Source: a virus. From it: a DNA stretch of 64,000 nt. The first letter of the stretch is position 1, and each line of letters starts with the position of its first letter. Shown here piece after piece: positions 1 to 10,096 of the stretch. Location of the stretch: IMG/VR virus record IMGVR_UViG_3300042566_000478, positions 27,770 through 91,769 of that record, one strand, 5' to 3'. Both the position numbers and the translations under genes were made by a program. The notes beneath the pieces are model-generated. The model saw only the letters and a list, made by a program, of their open reading frames with translations, had not been told where the DNA came from and ran no database searches.

Positions 1-46
1 TTACTGAATTAATGATTGAAGACAGACTGTCCCAATTGTTTTCCAC
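1..46 (-). CDS. Partial CDS running off the window start (MENNWDSLSSIINSV...)
   Basis: GTG at 46 preceded by an AGGAG RBS overlapping the upstream stop; open to the window edge. Confidence 0.5.
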   Translation of the reverse strand, partial: MENNWDSLSSIINSV

Positions 47-54
47 TTGTTCTC

Positions 55-432
55 CTATACCCAGTTAGATTGTTCACCTTGGTCGTAAAGTGAGTTCCAC
101 CCACATTCAAAACATCTTGGTGCAGGTACTTTACCACCTGCTGATGCATTTGAGCGACTAAAAACTTTATTACCTCCACAACGTGGACAAGTTTGATTTC
201 CGTCTACACGATGTGCTTCTCCACCCTTCCAATTCCTAATAGCACTGCCCATATCTGTTTGACCATTGGGGTCAACCTGCTGTGCCACATTAGTTTGGTG
301 CTGTAACGGTGACTGCATCACACGCTGTTGTGCTTGCTGTTGTAATGCTGGAAGCACCACACGTTCTGTAGGCAATGACCTACGCTCTTCTTGGGGTGCG
401 TTGCTTAGTTTTCTATCCCACCAACTACTCAT
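55..432 (-). CDS. Hypothetical protein with C-terminal zinc ribbon
   Basis: CPRC...CFEC motif; RBS AGGAAG. Confidence 0.7.
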   Translation of the reverse strand: MSSWWDRKLSNAPQEERRSLPTERVVLPALQQQAQQRVMQSPLQHQTNVAQQVDPNGQTDMGSAIRNWKGGEAHRVDGNQTCPRCGGNKVFSRSNASAGGKVPAPRCFECGWNSLYDQGEQSNWV

Positions 433-441
433 TGTTCTTCC

Positions 442-792
442 TTATTCTACAGGTGATATTAACGCAATAACTTGGTTTTCTAACATCTTTTGTACGAGAG
501 CCATACCAAATGCTACTAGTACCCCCTTGGAGCCTTCAAGCATAGCAGGGGGTGGTAATTCTTCATCATCCATTGTTTTGGACAACACCTCAGTAAACCA
601 TTCTACTGACTCTTCAATCTCATCATAGATACCAAAGTCATGTAGTAATTCCCATTGGTCGTCAATAAGTTGTTCTTCTAATTCCTGTACTTCTTGAGAA
701 GGTGGAGTCATCCCAACACTTTGAGCAATCTGTTGTCCACCAGGAAAGGAAAGCATCAGGCAAAAGTTTCTCTTTTCTGCAATATCGTTCAT
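442..792 (-). CDS. Hypothetical acidic protein
   Basis: Start moved to MNDIAEK, which gives an ATGA overlap with the polymerase stop. Confidence 0.65.
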   Translation of the reverse strand: MNDIAEKRNFCLMLSFPGGQQIAQSVGMTPPSQEVQELEEQLIDDQWELLHDFGIYDEIEESVEWFTEVLSKTMDDEELPPPAMLEGSKGVLVAFGMALVQKMLENQVIALISPVE

Positions 793-2840
793 TTTCCTTT
801 TGCCTCCGACCAGTTCGTTGCTGCATGACAAGACACCTTAAGTGTGACTCCCATAATACTCCTATCGTGGCCCATAGCAGTAACTAGGGTGGACATTGCA
901 GAGTTTTCATCTTCTTCTGGGGCAACTGCAACAAGTTCGTCATGTACTTGTACCAGCATCTTGGCATTAGTTCCTACAAAGGCTTTGTTTACGTCAATCA
1001 TGGCTTGCTTACAAATATCTGCGGCACTTCCCTGAATGATGGCGTTAATAGCCTGCCGTTGTGCTCGTGACTGTGTGAACGAGTCTTTGGACAAAAGGTC
1101 TGGAAGTCTGCGCCTACGACCAGTCAAGGTAGTTACATACCCAACTCGTGCGGCTTTGGTAATAGCAAGTTGCTTCCAACGTGTCAGTTCTGCAAAACTC
1201 TTATAGTAATTATTCAAAATTTCCATAGCATGCTCATCGTCAATGCCTGTAGTACGGGCAAGTTTTGCATAACCACCACCGTATGCGGTAAGAAAGTTTA
1301 CTCCCTTACCAATCTGTCGTTCTTCTGATGACACTTCGCCTACGGGTTTCTTAAATACAGCAGCCGCAGTTGCGGCGTGAATGTCCTCGTTGTTTCTAAA
1401 AATGCGAAGCAACTGCTGGTCTTGGCTAAACATAGCCATTACTCGGAGTTCAATCTGGTCATAGTCAGCCACAAGCATTGTGTACCCATCTGGTGGAACA
1501 AACAAACTACGAATAGTTGAATCTCGTGGGATGTTCTGCAAGTTCGGGTTAGACGAAGACAAACGACCAGTTGCGGCTCGGTGCAAGTTAAAAGACGGAT
1601 GTAACTTACCGTTGTTCAACTTAGGCAAAAGACCATCAACATATGTTGACTTCATCTTTTGGATTTCCGCATAGTTCAACAACAGTGGGATTAGTGGATG
1701 CTTATCTTTTAACTTCTCCAAAGCCTCGTTGTCTACAGACGGAGCACCCTTGTTAGTTTTCTTAGTTGGTTTAAGACCAAGCCCACCTGCTCGTTTACCC
1801 GTAAACAAATAGGTTTGTTTGTCCTTGTTAGAGTCTGGGTTAAACCCAGCATAAGAGTTGTCCACAATGTCTAAGAGACACTCTCTAATCTTGTTGTCTA
1901 ACTCTTTGCGAAGCAGTTTAAGTGAGGCTGTGTTTACTGTAATGCCCTCATCTTCCATCAGCATGAGTACACGAAGCACTTCCATATCCTGTTTAATTGC
2001 AGGCTGGAGTTCTTCATGCATATTAAGTTTTGCTCGTAACTTTGAGTACAGCATCCATGTCCAACGAGCATCTAAGTGAACGTACTTAGCCGCAGAACTA
2101 AAGGGTACTGTGTTAATGACAGCACCAAGTTTTCCTTCTTTGGCGTAAGCGTCATGCCCACCAAAGTTTTGAGCAATTAAGTTGGTTAACGAAAATGATT
2201 GAGAGTTCTCATCTTCCAGATGTTGGAGAATCATTGTGTCAACATATGGGCCTGGAGGTAACTCTCCGTAATACTTCTTTATAGAACGAGCGTCAAACTT
2301 TACGTTGTGTCCTACCTTTGTAAGTTCACTAAAGAATATAGGGCGAAGCGCTTCAAACACTTCGTATTTAGATAACTGTTGTGGTGGTTCTGAGTACACG
2401 CCAGGAATCACATACTTGGCTTTAGCCATTGACTCCTTACCGCTTACAGTTACCTTGCGATATCCAGGTGGTGGAATGGTTGTACCATCACCACGCTCTT
2501 CTGGAACAATAATCTCGCCAAGAAGGTGACCCATTGGAATAGCCCATGAGCGACCATACGTAGCAATCCCAATCCAAAAGACTTCGTTGCGTAACGGGTC
2601 TAATGCCAAATCTTTGAGGTAACGCTGGCGAATTGCTTCTGTTGATGAAGCGACAATAGAGTCCGTAGGGTTCTTGAGTGTTGCGATGTGGTCTTTGCAC
2701 TCTTTTGTAAAAAGTGCATTGATATCATCATGGCGCTCAATCACCCCACGGGACTCAATGTCAAAGGCGAACTCCCCTGCCTTTGTAACTACCTCAACAA
2801 GTTCATGCAACTCTTCAACGGTGTGTACCGTTTGTTGCAT
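789..2840 (-). CDS. polA: DNA polymerase, family A, with 3'-5' exonuclease and no 5'-3' exonuclease
   Basis: Exo motifs FDIE, GHNVKFD, YVHLD; TGRLSSSNPNLQNIP; motif A DYDQIELR; motif B RQIGKGVNF...YG; motif C VHDE. Confidence 0.95.
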   Translation of the reverse strand: MQQTVHTVEELHELVEVVTKAGEFAFDIESRGVIERHDDINALFTKECKDHIATLKNPTDSIVASSTEAIRQRYLKDLALDPLRNEVFWIGIATYGRSWAIPMGHLLGEIIVPEERGDGTTIPPPGYRKVTVSGKESMAKAKYVIPGVYSEPPQQLSKYEVFEALRPIFFSELTKVGHNVKFDARSIKKYYGELPPGPYVDTMILQHLEDENSQSFSLTNLIAQNFGGHDAYAKEGKLGAVINTVPFSSAAKYVHLDARWTWMLYSKLRAKLNMHEELQPAIKQDMEVLRVLMLMEDEGITVNTASLKLLRKELDNKIRECLLDIVDNSYAGFNPDSNKDKQTYLFTGKRAGGLGLKPTKKTNKGAPSVDNEALEKLKDKHPLIPLLLNYAEIQKMKSTYVDGLLPKLNNGKLHPSFNLHRAATGRLSSSNPNLQNIPRDSTIRSLFVPPDGYTMLVADYDQIELRVMAMFSQDQQLLRIFRNNEDIHAATAAAVFKKPVGEVSSEERQIGKGVNFLTAYGGGYAKLARTTGIDDEHAMEILNNYYKSFAELTRWKQLAITKAARVGYVTTLTGRRRRLPDLLSKDSFTQSRAQRQAINAIIQGSAADICKQAMIDVNKAFVGTNAKMLVQVHDELVAVAPEEDENSAMSTLVTAMGHDRSIMGVTLKVSCHAATNWSEAKGK

Positions 2841-2845
2841 GAATC

Positions 2846-3514
2846 CTACTGAGCGTCAAGAATGTCTGTTGCTACTTCCAACAGTTCTGTGCGAGTAGGA
2901 ATCTTGATAATGCTTGGGTCGTAAGCATTATTCTTCAACACCTTCATAGTGTCTTCGTCAAATGCTTTGAGGTTCCACTCTTCAAGGTCACGCTCACGCA
3001 CCATCTGCAAAATGGTTTGTGTCTGTGCTCCCTTACCAGTCTTGGATACTGCCCAGTAGTTCTTGGACAAAGGTCCTTGGCGTGGGTCAAGGTGGAAGTT
3101 CTTAAGTTGGTCAATCAAACGAACGCCAACTTCAAACGACTTAACAATTGCTTCTTCTTCGTTGCTGAGTACAGCAATGTTGAATGCAAACTTGGTGCTT
3201 GGGCGATTGCCTGCATCACAAAGTGGGCAACCGTTTGGGTCATCGTGCAGACAAACAAATGACTTCTGGCCTTGGCGACCATCAATCCAGTGTGTGCGGA
3301 ACGATGCATACGGCTCGTCTTCCAAGAACTTAATGACTTGTGTGTCTTCAGTTACCTTAAATCGTTGTGCGTATGGAGATGCTGCTTCTTGTACACGGTC
3401 TGCTGCACCCCAACCACGCTTAATGGTTTTAGATGCAGTAGGTGCGCTAACAGCCTCTGTTTTCTTCGGTGTGATTTCTTGCTCGTCATCTTCGTAATCG
3501 TCATAATTTGACAT
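2846..3514 (-). CDS. Single-stranded DNA-binding protein (T4 gp32-like)
   Basis: HW...C...CPLC Zn ligands, OB-fold-like pattern, adjacent to polymerase. Confidence 0.7.
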   Translation of the reverse strand: MSNYDDYEDDEQEITPKKTEAVSAPTASKTIKRGWGAADRVQEAASPYAQRFKVTEDTQVIKFLEDEPYASFRTHWIDGRQGQKSFVCLHDDPNGCPLCDAGNRPSTKFAFNIAVLSNEEEAIVKSFEVGVRLIDQLKNFHLDPRQGPLSKNYWAVSKTGKGAQTQTILQMVRERDLEEWNLKAFDEDTMKVLKNNAYDPSIIKIPTRTELLEVATDILDAQ

Positions 3515-3536
3515 GATGTACCTTGCTCTTTCAGTG

Positions 3537-3977
3537 TTAATTTGACCAGTGTTCTTTTATGTGTTTTTTAAAGCCTACCCAATCTGCACCTTTTCCTCGT
3601 GGATTGTTGAGTCCAAAGTGTTCAACTGAGTAGAGCAATAACTCTACCTGCTTCTTGCTGTATAACCTACGCCCTTTCAAAGGTTTTCCAGGAATTTGTT
3701 CCCCATCTGGGGTAGCGGTTCTAAATGAAGGAGTAGGTATAAACCCACGTTCTTCCCACTTCCTGATGGTTCCTGGTTTCCTATCTAGGGCTTTAGCCAC
3801 CTCACCTACGGTGTAGAAGGCTGTCTTCTCTCCACGAACCGTGTAATAGGTTGCGTGAAGAAAAACAAATGGGTCATCGTTAACTGCTGGTTTACTGCCT
3901 GCCCTGTTTTTGGGCGGCTTCTTACCAGGGTAGTTAGGCAAGTCCCCAAGGAAATCGTCTATGCCTTTAATGCCCAA
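3537..3977 (-). CDS. MerR-like helix-turn-helix DNA-binding protein
   Basis: YTVGEVAKALDRKPGTIRKWEERGFIP...RRLYS. Confidence 0.8.
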   Translation of the reverse strand: MGIKGIDDFLGDLPNYPGKKPPKNRAGSKPAVNDDPFVFLHATYYTVRGEKTAFYTVGEVAKALDRKPGTIRKWEERGFIPTPSFRTATPDGEQIPGKPLKGRRLYSKKQVELLLYSVEHFGLNNPRGKGADWVGFKKHIKEHWSN

Positions 3978-4378
3978 GTTTCTTTCTCAACATAAAAGGT
4001 TTTAACTTTTTCTTGAATGTCTTCGTCATTCCAAGCAAGACCAAGCAACTTGTCCTCACTAAGAACTTCAATCACTTCTTTAACTGTATCCCAGTGACCA
4101 TTCTCTTTAGCCCATGCTTCAGCAGCACTGGTATTGAATGACTTGGAGATACGGCGTTCACGCTTAAGTTCTACATCACCAAGGTCAATCCAGATGTTTC
4201 CTTTTTCGTCTGGCTTACCATGTGCGACCAACATGTCTGTCAATTGTGCCTTAAGAGCGTCTGTTCGTTTTTGGGTTTGGTCAAGTAGCGACTTGTGGTT
4301 TTTATAGTCTTCAACTACTCGCCGTGCATGCGCTTCATCAAATTCTGATGCTGGTGTTTCTCGTACAATCTTTGCCAT
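3959..4378 (-). CDS. Hypothetical coiled-coil protein (possibly Gam/Gp157-like)
   Basis: N-terminal heptad helix; position in replication operon. Confidence 0.5.
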   Translation of the reverse strand: MAKIVRETPASEFDEAHARRVVEDYKNHKSLLDQTQKRTDALKAQLTDMLVAHGKPDEKGNIWIDLGDVELKRERRISKSFNTSAAEAWAKENGHWDTVKEVIEVLSEDKLLGLAWNDEDIQEKVKTFYVEKETWALKA

Positions 4379-4379
4379 G

Positions 4380-5924
4380 TTATACCTCGCTGTTTGTTAA
4401 GAACGAAGACAGTGCGCCTAAGTTCAGTTGAAAGTTTCCCTTACTGTCGTACCCACCGTCAACAAAGGCTTTATTGATGTTTCTCTTCTCTTGCAACATT
4501 TCGTATTGTCTTTCCTCAATACTGCCCTTCATAACGAATGACACGATATTAACGTGTGGAAACTCAGATGACAACCTGATAATTCTGGCTTCTCTTTGGT
4601 CCAATTTTCCAGCACTCCAAGGAAGGTCATAGGAAATCAAGTAGTTAGCCACGGGTAAGTCTACGCCGTAACCACCAGCATCAGATGACAAGAACAGCCT
4701 TGTGTTCTGGTCTGTAGCAAATTGTTGCTTGGCTTTATCTCTAGATAAAGTATCCATTCCACCCATAAACAATACGCTGTTAGTAAGGTGTTTAGTTGCT
4801 TCTTGAATAAGTTTAAGATTGTTCTTAAAAAATGAAAACAATACAATTTTGTTTTTAGGGTCTTCATTAAGAACATCTTCAATGTACTGAAGTACAGCAT
4901 CTAACTTAGGAGTGTTGTACTTACCTGAAAGCATTCCACGAGAAATAATGTCTGCGGAATAGCGACTTCCTCCAGCAGTCTTATCATCCATAAACAAACA
5001 AGCAGATATATGTACTAATTGTGGGTTATCGCAGAACATGCGAAGAGTTGTAAGTTTGGACATAATGTCACCTTGTGCATCACCTGCACCAGCATTACCG
5101 TAGTAGTTAGCCCACAAATCAAAACTACGACCATGTTGTGTAACTGCTTTCTGAATTGCTTGTAACAACTCTTCAGCAATTACCTTGTATGTTGCTGCAC
5201 CTGCTGAATCAAATGGAACAGGAATGAAGTGGTTAATAACCTGGGGTAACTGGTCTTGAATGTCCTCACGGGTTTTACGAACCATTACATCTTTCATGCT
5301 CTCATGTAATGATTTGAGGTTTCGGTATCTGCTTGGCTTGCCAAAGTGGTCACGGACAATAAAGGTTCGGTCAAACACTTCGTACTTACCCAATACTGCT
5401 GGGTCAACAAACTCCATAATTGAAAACAACTCTTCTGGTCTGTTCTCAATTGGTTGACCCGTAAGTGCAAATCTGTAATGGTACTTTTTACCTATGCGCT
5501 TGATTAACCTTGAGCGCTTGGTTCTTGGTGTTTTAATCATTGTTGCTTCGTCAACCACAATGGCATCAAACTTATGTTTTTCAAAATCTGCAAGGTCGTT
5601 AGCCAGTGACTCTGGGTTTACAATTACATATTGAGAACTCAATGCTGTACGCCACAGTTTCTTGCGAGCAGCAACAGTCCCATCAATCACAATAGAAGAT
5701 GAATCAGTAAACTTTTTAATTTCACGGTCCCATTGATATTTAAGAGATGACGGAACAACAACAAGAACTTTGGTCACTTCTTTGGATGCCAACAATGTTT
5801 CTAGTGCGGAGATGGTGGTTACTGTTTTACCAGCACCCATCACAAGAGCAAGAAGCATTTGACCACGGTCAATCATCAACTCGGTGGCCTCTTCTTGAAA
5901 CGGATACAACTTACCCTTAAACAC
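4380..5924 (-). CDS. SNF2-family (SF2) helicase
   Basis: MGAGKT, VVDEA, LTGQP, GGYGVDL, QREARIIR motifs. Confidence 0.9.
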   Translation of the reverse strand: MFKGKLYPFQEEATELMIDRGQMLLALVMGAGKTVTTISALETLLASKEVTKVLVVVPSSLKYQWDREIKKFTDSSSIVIDGTVAARKKLWRTALSSQYVIVNPESLANDLADFEKHKFDAIVVDEATMIKTPRTKRSRLIKRIGKKYHYRFALTGQPIENRPEELFSIMEFVDPAVLGKYEVFDRTFIVRDHFGKPSRYRNLKSLHESMKDVMVRKTREDIQDQLPQVINHFIPVPFDSAGAATYKVIAEELLQAIQKAVTQHGRSFDLWANYYGNAGAGDAQGDIMSKLTTLRMFCDNPQLVHISACLFMDDKTAGGSRYSADIISRGMLSGKYNTPKLDAVLQYIEDVLNEDPKNKIVLFSFFKNNLKLIQEATKHLTNSVLFMGGMDTLSRDKAKQQFATDQNTRLFLSSDAGGYGVDLPVANYLISYDLPWSAGKLDQREARIIRLSSEFPHVNIVSFVMKGSIEERQYEMLQEKRNINKAFVDGGYDSKGNFQLNLGALSSFLTNSEV

Positions 5925-6843
5925 TTAACCACCAGGGAAATACTGAGGCGTTTTTAAGTGCTGTGATAATTTCGTCTTGAGTCATGTCACCGATGTCTTT
6001 TGCGTTCGTGTGTGCGTAGTGTATATATTTTATACCATTCCTGAAGGATGGTAGTTGCTTTTTAAGCCTTTTTGCGGAGTCAATACCTGCATCGTCATTG
6101 TCCATTGCAATGATAAGAGTGTCCACATGGTCTGAAAGAATCCTAATCTGTTCTTTACTAACCGCAGCACCAAAGGTAGCCAAACCACGAACACCGTTAG
6201 CAACTGTGTGAATACGAGCAACGTCTAACGGGGACTCAACAAGAACCGCAGTCTTCTTGTCCAGTTTGTCAATACCGAACAATGTCGCAGATTTCTTTAC
6301 ACCAATTGGATAGTTGCGAACCTTTGATGGTTCTTTCTCTTGCCAGCCAAGCAACTCTCCCATTGGAGAAACAATCGGCAAAATCCAAGCCTGCTTCTTT
6401 TCGTCAAACCTGATGCCATACTTTCGTGCAGACTCTCGGTCAATGCCACGAGTCCATAACCAATCGTCAGATGGTGCAGAGAATGCACTAAACATCTTCC
6501 AATCAACTTCTGGCTTTACTACCTCAACTGGTTCTGCTGTGAGTCTCTCTAACCCAGTCTCAATGAGAAAAGAATGTACTGCAATAATGCTGTCAGGTTC
6601 ACCTGTCAATTCAGAAACAAGCGTGGACAAAGTTCCTTTAGCACCGCATGAGTAACAAATCCACAAACCGCTACGTGCGTTCATGGACCATGATGGTGAG
6701 TTGTCTGCTTTACCTGTGGTCTTTTCATGCACAGGGCAACACGCAGAAATCTCTTTCTCACCTACACGCTTTACCTTGACACCTAAACGTGACAAGACAT
6801 CAGCAATGTCAGTAATACCAGTTGTCCCTGTCGCTGTCATCAT
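5917..6843 (-). CDS. DNA primase (CHC2 Zn finger + Toprim)
   Basis: CPVH...CYSC; VESPLD; MDNDDAG. Confidence 0.9.
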   Translation of the reverse strand: MMTATGTTGITDIADVLSRLGVKVKRVGEKEISACCPVHEKTTGKADNSPSWSMNARSGLWICYSCGAKGTLSTLVSELTGEPDSIIAVHSFLIETGLERLTAEPVEVVKPEVDWKMFSAFSAPSDDWLWTRGIDRESARKYGIRFDEKKQAWILPIVSPMGELLGWQEKEPSKVRNYPIGVKKSATLFGIDKLDKKTAVLVESPLDVARIHTVANGVRGLATFGAAVSKEQIRILSDHVDTLIIAMDNDDAGIDSAKRLKKQLPSFRNGIKYIHYAHTNAKDIGDMTQDEIITALKNASVFPWWLSV

Positions 6844-8074
6844 TCTCTCCCTCTTCTCCTACTTCTGTAAAGTCCATGTTGTTCCAGTCCCAGTTAATTC
6901 GGATTTCTCCAGATGGGGCAGAACGAGCAATAACTACACGAATGATTCCTTGGTTCTCAATGTCTGGGTCAGACTCAACAGCAAGTACCAAGTCAGAGTC
7001 TTGAGCAAACGATGAGGTGTAACCGATTGAGTCAACAGTTACTCTGCGTGACTTCTTGTTACCTAACTTCCACGAAAGAACCTGTGTAGTACCAACAATT
7101 GGAATGTCAGCATTTTGAGCAAGTCGCTTTAACGAACGAGTGATGTTAGTCAAGGCTTGTGGCGAACCTTTTGGTTCTCCCTGCTCGTCATCCATGAGGT
7201 ACACACCGTCAACAAACAAAATGTCTGGTTTGTATTCCTGAACTTTTGCCGCTAGTGAACTTACTGTAGTAAGTGACGAGGTGTCTTCAGTAATGATAAA
7301 TGGGTGCATGTTCTTGCGTAGTCGCAATGACTCACGCACTTTTTCAAACTCCTGGTCAGAAAGACTTGCTCTCAAGATATTGCTGTATGGAACTTTGGCA
7401 ACAATCGCATCGTAACGTGCGGCTTGTTCTTCAGCCGACATTTCAAATGAAACAAACAGTGGTCGCTTACCGTGAATGTGGGCAGCGTTAGCCATCATCA
7501 AGGTCATCAATGATTTACCCTTCTTTGCTTCACCAACGAATGTAATTAACTGTTGAGGGCGAAGACCTGAAGTAATGCGGTCAAGTCCGTTAATCCCAGT
7601 GGGGATACCACGCAGAGAGTTTGGCATCTTGCGAAGTTCGTCATACTTTTCTAATCGTGCTTCCCAAGTCTCAATAAGGTTTACATCTCGTAGGCGAGCA
7701 ACATCTGCTCCAGCCTTTTGAACGCCTGCGGCAAGCAACTTAAATGCTTCACTTGTATCACCAGCGTTAAGTGCAGGCATCGCTGCTGACATGGCTTCAA
7801 CAAGGTTGCGTTGTCGGTAGCCAGCGTAGAGTTCATCAACCAATGCAGTGAATGGTTCTTGTTTGGCATCAACTACTTTTACTTCACCAAACTCCAAACT
7901 GAGCGCACGTTCAGTTGGAACTGAACCATGATTACGCCAGTAGGTAATTACCCATGACCAAATCTGGCCCCACTCTTTAGTGAAGTGGTCGGCTTTTACA
8001 CCGTGCTTTAATGGGTATGAAACGTCTTGCTCATTGATTACTTTGCTGATTAAGAGTTGTTCTGCACTAGCCAT
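6809..8074 (-). CDS. dnaB: DnaB-like replicative helicase
   Basis: GIPTG, GEAKKGKS Walker A, SFEMS, VDGVYLM, QDSD. Confidence 0.9.
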   Translation of the reverse strand: MASAEQLLISKVINEQDVSYPLKHGVKADHFTKEWGQIWSWVITYWRNHGSVPTERALSLEFGEVKVVDAKQEPFTALVDELYAGYRQRNLVEAMSAAMPALNAGDTSEAFKLLAAGVQKAGADVARLRDVNLIETWEARLEKYDELRKMPNSLRGIPTGINGLDRITSGLRPQQLITFVGEAKKGKSLMTLMMANAAHIHGKRPLFVSFEMSAEEQAARYDAIVAKVPYSNILRASLSDQEFEKVRESLRLRKNMHPFIITEDTSSLTTVSSLAAKVQEYKPDILFVDGVYLMDDEQGEPKGSPQALTNITRSLKRLAQNADIPIVGTTQVLSWKLGNKKSRRVTVDSIGYTSSFAQDSDLVLAVESDPDIENQGIIRVVIARSAPSGEIRINWDWNNMDFTEVGEEGENDDSDRDNWYY

Positions 8075-8514
8075 CAGTTATTCCACGCAGTCTTTGATGA
8101 GACTACGGTTGCCCTGAGTCCAATTAATTTGTAATGCTCTTGGTCTGCAACATAAATCTGAGTGATACCACGATTGATGCTGAGGTCATAAGCAAGTTCT
8201 TTGATGTCTTGATATGCAACCACGTTTGTTGAAATCCCCTTTTTGAGTAACCACCTGTCTATCGCATCAGCGACTTGAGGTGGAAGCAGTGTATAAACCT
8301 CTGTACCTATTCCCAACCTGTTTACTGCGTCACTCAAAGATTTTATGGGAAGAGTATTTGGTTCCCACAGACGGAGGTACGAATCCCATTTCTCATTGCG
8401 TAAATAATAAGATGCCTTAACTTTTGCCAAGCCTTCTGGAGGATTAGCAAGCACACCCTCAAACATGGTTGCTTGAGAACGAGCAGTAAACGAAGACAGG
8501 TCATTACCTTGCAT
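8074..8514 (-). CDS. Hypothetical protein (possible degenerate HAD fold)
   Basis: MFEGVLA resembles HAD motif I without the catalytic Asp; start moved to MQGNDL. Confidence 0.55.
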   Translation of the reverse strand: MQGNDLSSFTARSQATMFEGVLANPPEGLAKVKASYYLRNEKWDSYLRLWEPNTLPIKSLSDAVNRLGIGTEVYTLLPPQVADAIDRWLLKKGISTNVVAYQDIKELAYDLSINRGITQIYVADQEHYKLIGLRATVVSSKTAWNN

Positions 8515-9145
8515 GTTGACTAGTCCTGTAATCCTTTCCTTCAAACGGAATCTGAAGCGTTGAGTCTTGAAGAATTGATGACAAGCGTGGTCCGTAAACT
8601 TTTGCTAAAGATGCAATGGTGTATTCGGAAGTAACGATAGTAATCAACTTCTGTTCATACCGACTGTTCAACAATGATACAAGAGCACCTTTTGTAAAAT
8701 CAGTTTTCTTCTCAGCACCAAGACCGTCAAGCACCACAATGTCGTAAACCGAATTGAGGTACTTAAGCATGTACTCATCGCCGTACTCTTCTGGCAACTC
8801 CCCGTCATTACGAATCTCATCGTAAGAGGCTTCAACAAACTTTTCGGTAGTGATAAAGAAACCACCAACTTGTTTAGTTGCCAGTAACTCTGTCAACATT
8901 GCAGAAGCAAGGTGAGTTTTTCCTGTGCCAGTTGTTCCGCATAAATACAAACCTTCTCCGTTTGTACGGTTGTCATCAAAGTTCCCCATCCATCCACGAA
9001 TGGCCTTGACAACACCCCAACTACCAACTTCTTCGTTGTAGTTTTCTAAAGTCTTATCTGCATACCTACGAGGAATGTGTGCGTTGGATACACGCTCTTT
9101 TGGTTGGCGGTTGCGCCAGTAACGAGGACCATGCCAATCAGTCAT
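8504..9145 (-). CDS. DnaC/IstB-like AAA+ helicase loader
   Basis: IPRRY, GTTGTGKTHLA, VVLDGLG, TIVTS. Confidence 0.85.
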   Translation of the reverse strand: MTDWHGPRYWRNRQPKERVSNAHIPRRYADKTLENYNEEVGSWGVVKAIRGWMGNFDDNRTNGEGLYLCGTTGTGKTHLASAMLTELLATKQVGGFFITTEKFVEASYDEIRNDGELPEEYGDEYMLKYLNSVYDIVVLDGLGAEKKTDFTKGALVSLLNSRYEQKLITIVTSEYTIASLAKVYGPRLSSILQDSTLQIPFEGKDYRTSQHAR

Positions 9146-9545
9146 TAAGGTACTTCTCCAATCGTGGGTCAAACTTCATCTGGTCTTGTGCGGTCTGCAC
9201 TGTACTGCCCTGAACACGTGCGAACAACTCACCTCTTCTTGCAGCAAATGCTCGCCACGGAGTTTCTTGTTCTTTTAATGGTGTTCGTTTAATATCATCA
9301 GCAAACAAGTCAATCATTTGGTAAATCTGTTCATGTGTTACCGAGTCTGCAACCATTGTGCTAAAGATTTTCATCATGGCTGGACCGTTAACAGGGGCGT
9401 TTAAAGACATAGACATACCAGAAGTCCTATCGTGAAGGTATGCAACTAAATCTTTAAGGTTCTTCTTCTTTGTTGGTTCAGCCTTCGGCTTGTCTTCATC
9501 AGCGCCGATTACTTTGACATCCCAGTCATCGTGTTTCTTTTTCAC
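9138..9545 (-). CDS. Hypothetical protein between initiator and loader
   Basis: ORF coupled to both neighbours. Confidence 0.65.
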   Translation of the reverse strand: MKKKHDDWDVKVIGADEDKPKAEPTKKKNLKDLVAYLHDRTSGMSMSLNAPVNGPAMMKIFSTMVADSVTHEQIYQMIDLFADDIKRTPLKEQETPWRAFAARRGELFARVQGSTVQTAQDQMKFDPRLEKYLND

Positions 9546-10057
9546 TCCGCCTCCAAGTTTTTAATCTGGCGCATCCACCTAGGGTCTTGAAGCATAAAAG
9601 TAGGAATTTTTCTATCTTTCTTTTTGGCTCCCTCTAGGGAATGATTAGTCTCTATAGATTGGGTGTCAGGGGTGACACCCTCCGAGGGTGTCGCTGGTGA
9701 CACTAGGGGGGTGTCACTGCTGACACTATGGGGGGTGTCGCTGGTGACACCCTCCCTGGATTTCGGGTTGTTAAAGTCAACGGTGTACAAGTTTGTTTTG
9801 TTGTTTCCAGCCGAGGCTTTACGAATAGTTTTTCGGAGCACCCCAGCAGACTCAATCCGCTTCATGGCACGGATAATCGTGCTCCTACCCAAACCTGTCT
9901 TTTCAGCAAGGTGGTCGTAAGACGTAGTGAATTGCTGTGTGTCATTGTCCATGTACTTCAAAGCGTTTACTAGTACGCATAGGGCTACTGGGTCGTTTCC
10001 GATGTACTCCATGACCCAACTTGGAATCGGGATAAAGGTTCCACTGAACTTTGCCAT
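9542..10057 (-). CDS. Winged-HTH replication initiator (lambda O-like)
   Basis: SYDHLAEKTGLGRSTIIRAMKRIESAG HTH; internal iteron array; upstream of loader and helicase. Confidence 0.8.
   Translation of the reverse strand: MAKFSGTFIPIPSWVMEYIGNDPVALCVLVNALKYMDNDTQQFTTSYDHLAEKTGLGRSTIIRAMKRIESAGVLRKTIRKASAGNNKTNLYTVDFNNPKSREGVTSDTPHSVSSDTPLVSPATPSEGVTPDTQSIETNHSLEGAKKKDRKIPTFMLQDPRWMRQIKNLEAE
9661..9753. repeat. Four palindromic iterons GTGTC-N6-GACAC; probable replication origin
   Basis: Copies at 9663, 9688, 9711 and 9735 (spacing 25/23/24 bp); AT-rich tract at about 9595-9660. Confidence 0.85.
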
Positions 10058-10096
10058 GTTTGAATTTCTCCTCTTTGTGTGTTAACATTTGGTTAT

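Noticed and set aside
2340-2740. Intein or intron in the polymerase exonuclease insertion
   Set aside because: The frame is continuous, with no C/S...HN splice motifs and no homing endonuclease signature.
9661-9753. Mini CRISPR array
   Set aside because: Repeats are 16 bp with 7-9 bp gaps inside a CDS and there are no cas genes; iterons fit better.
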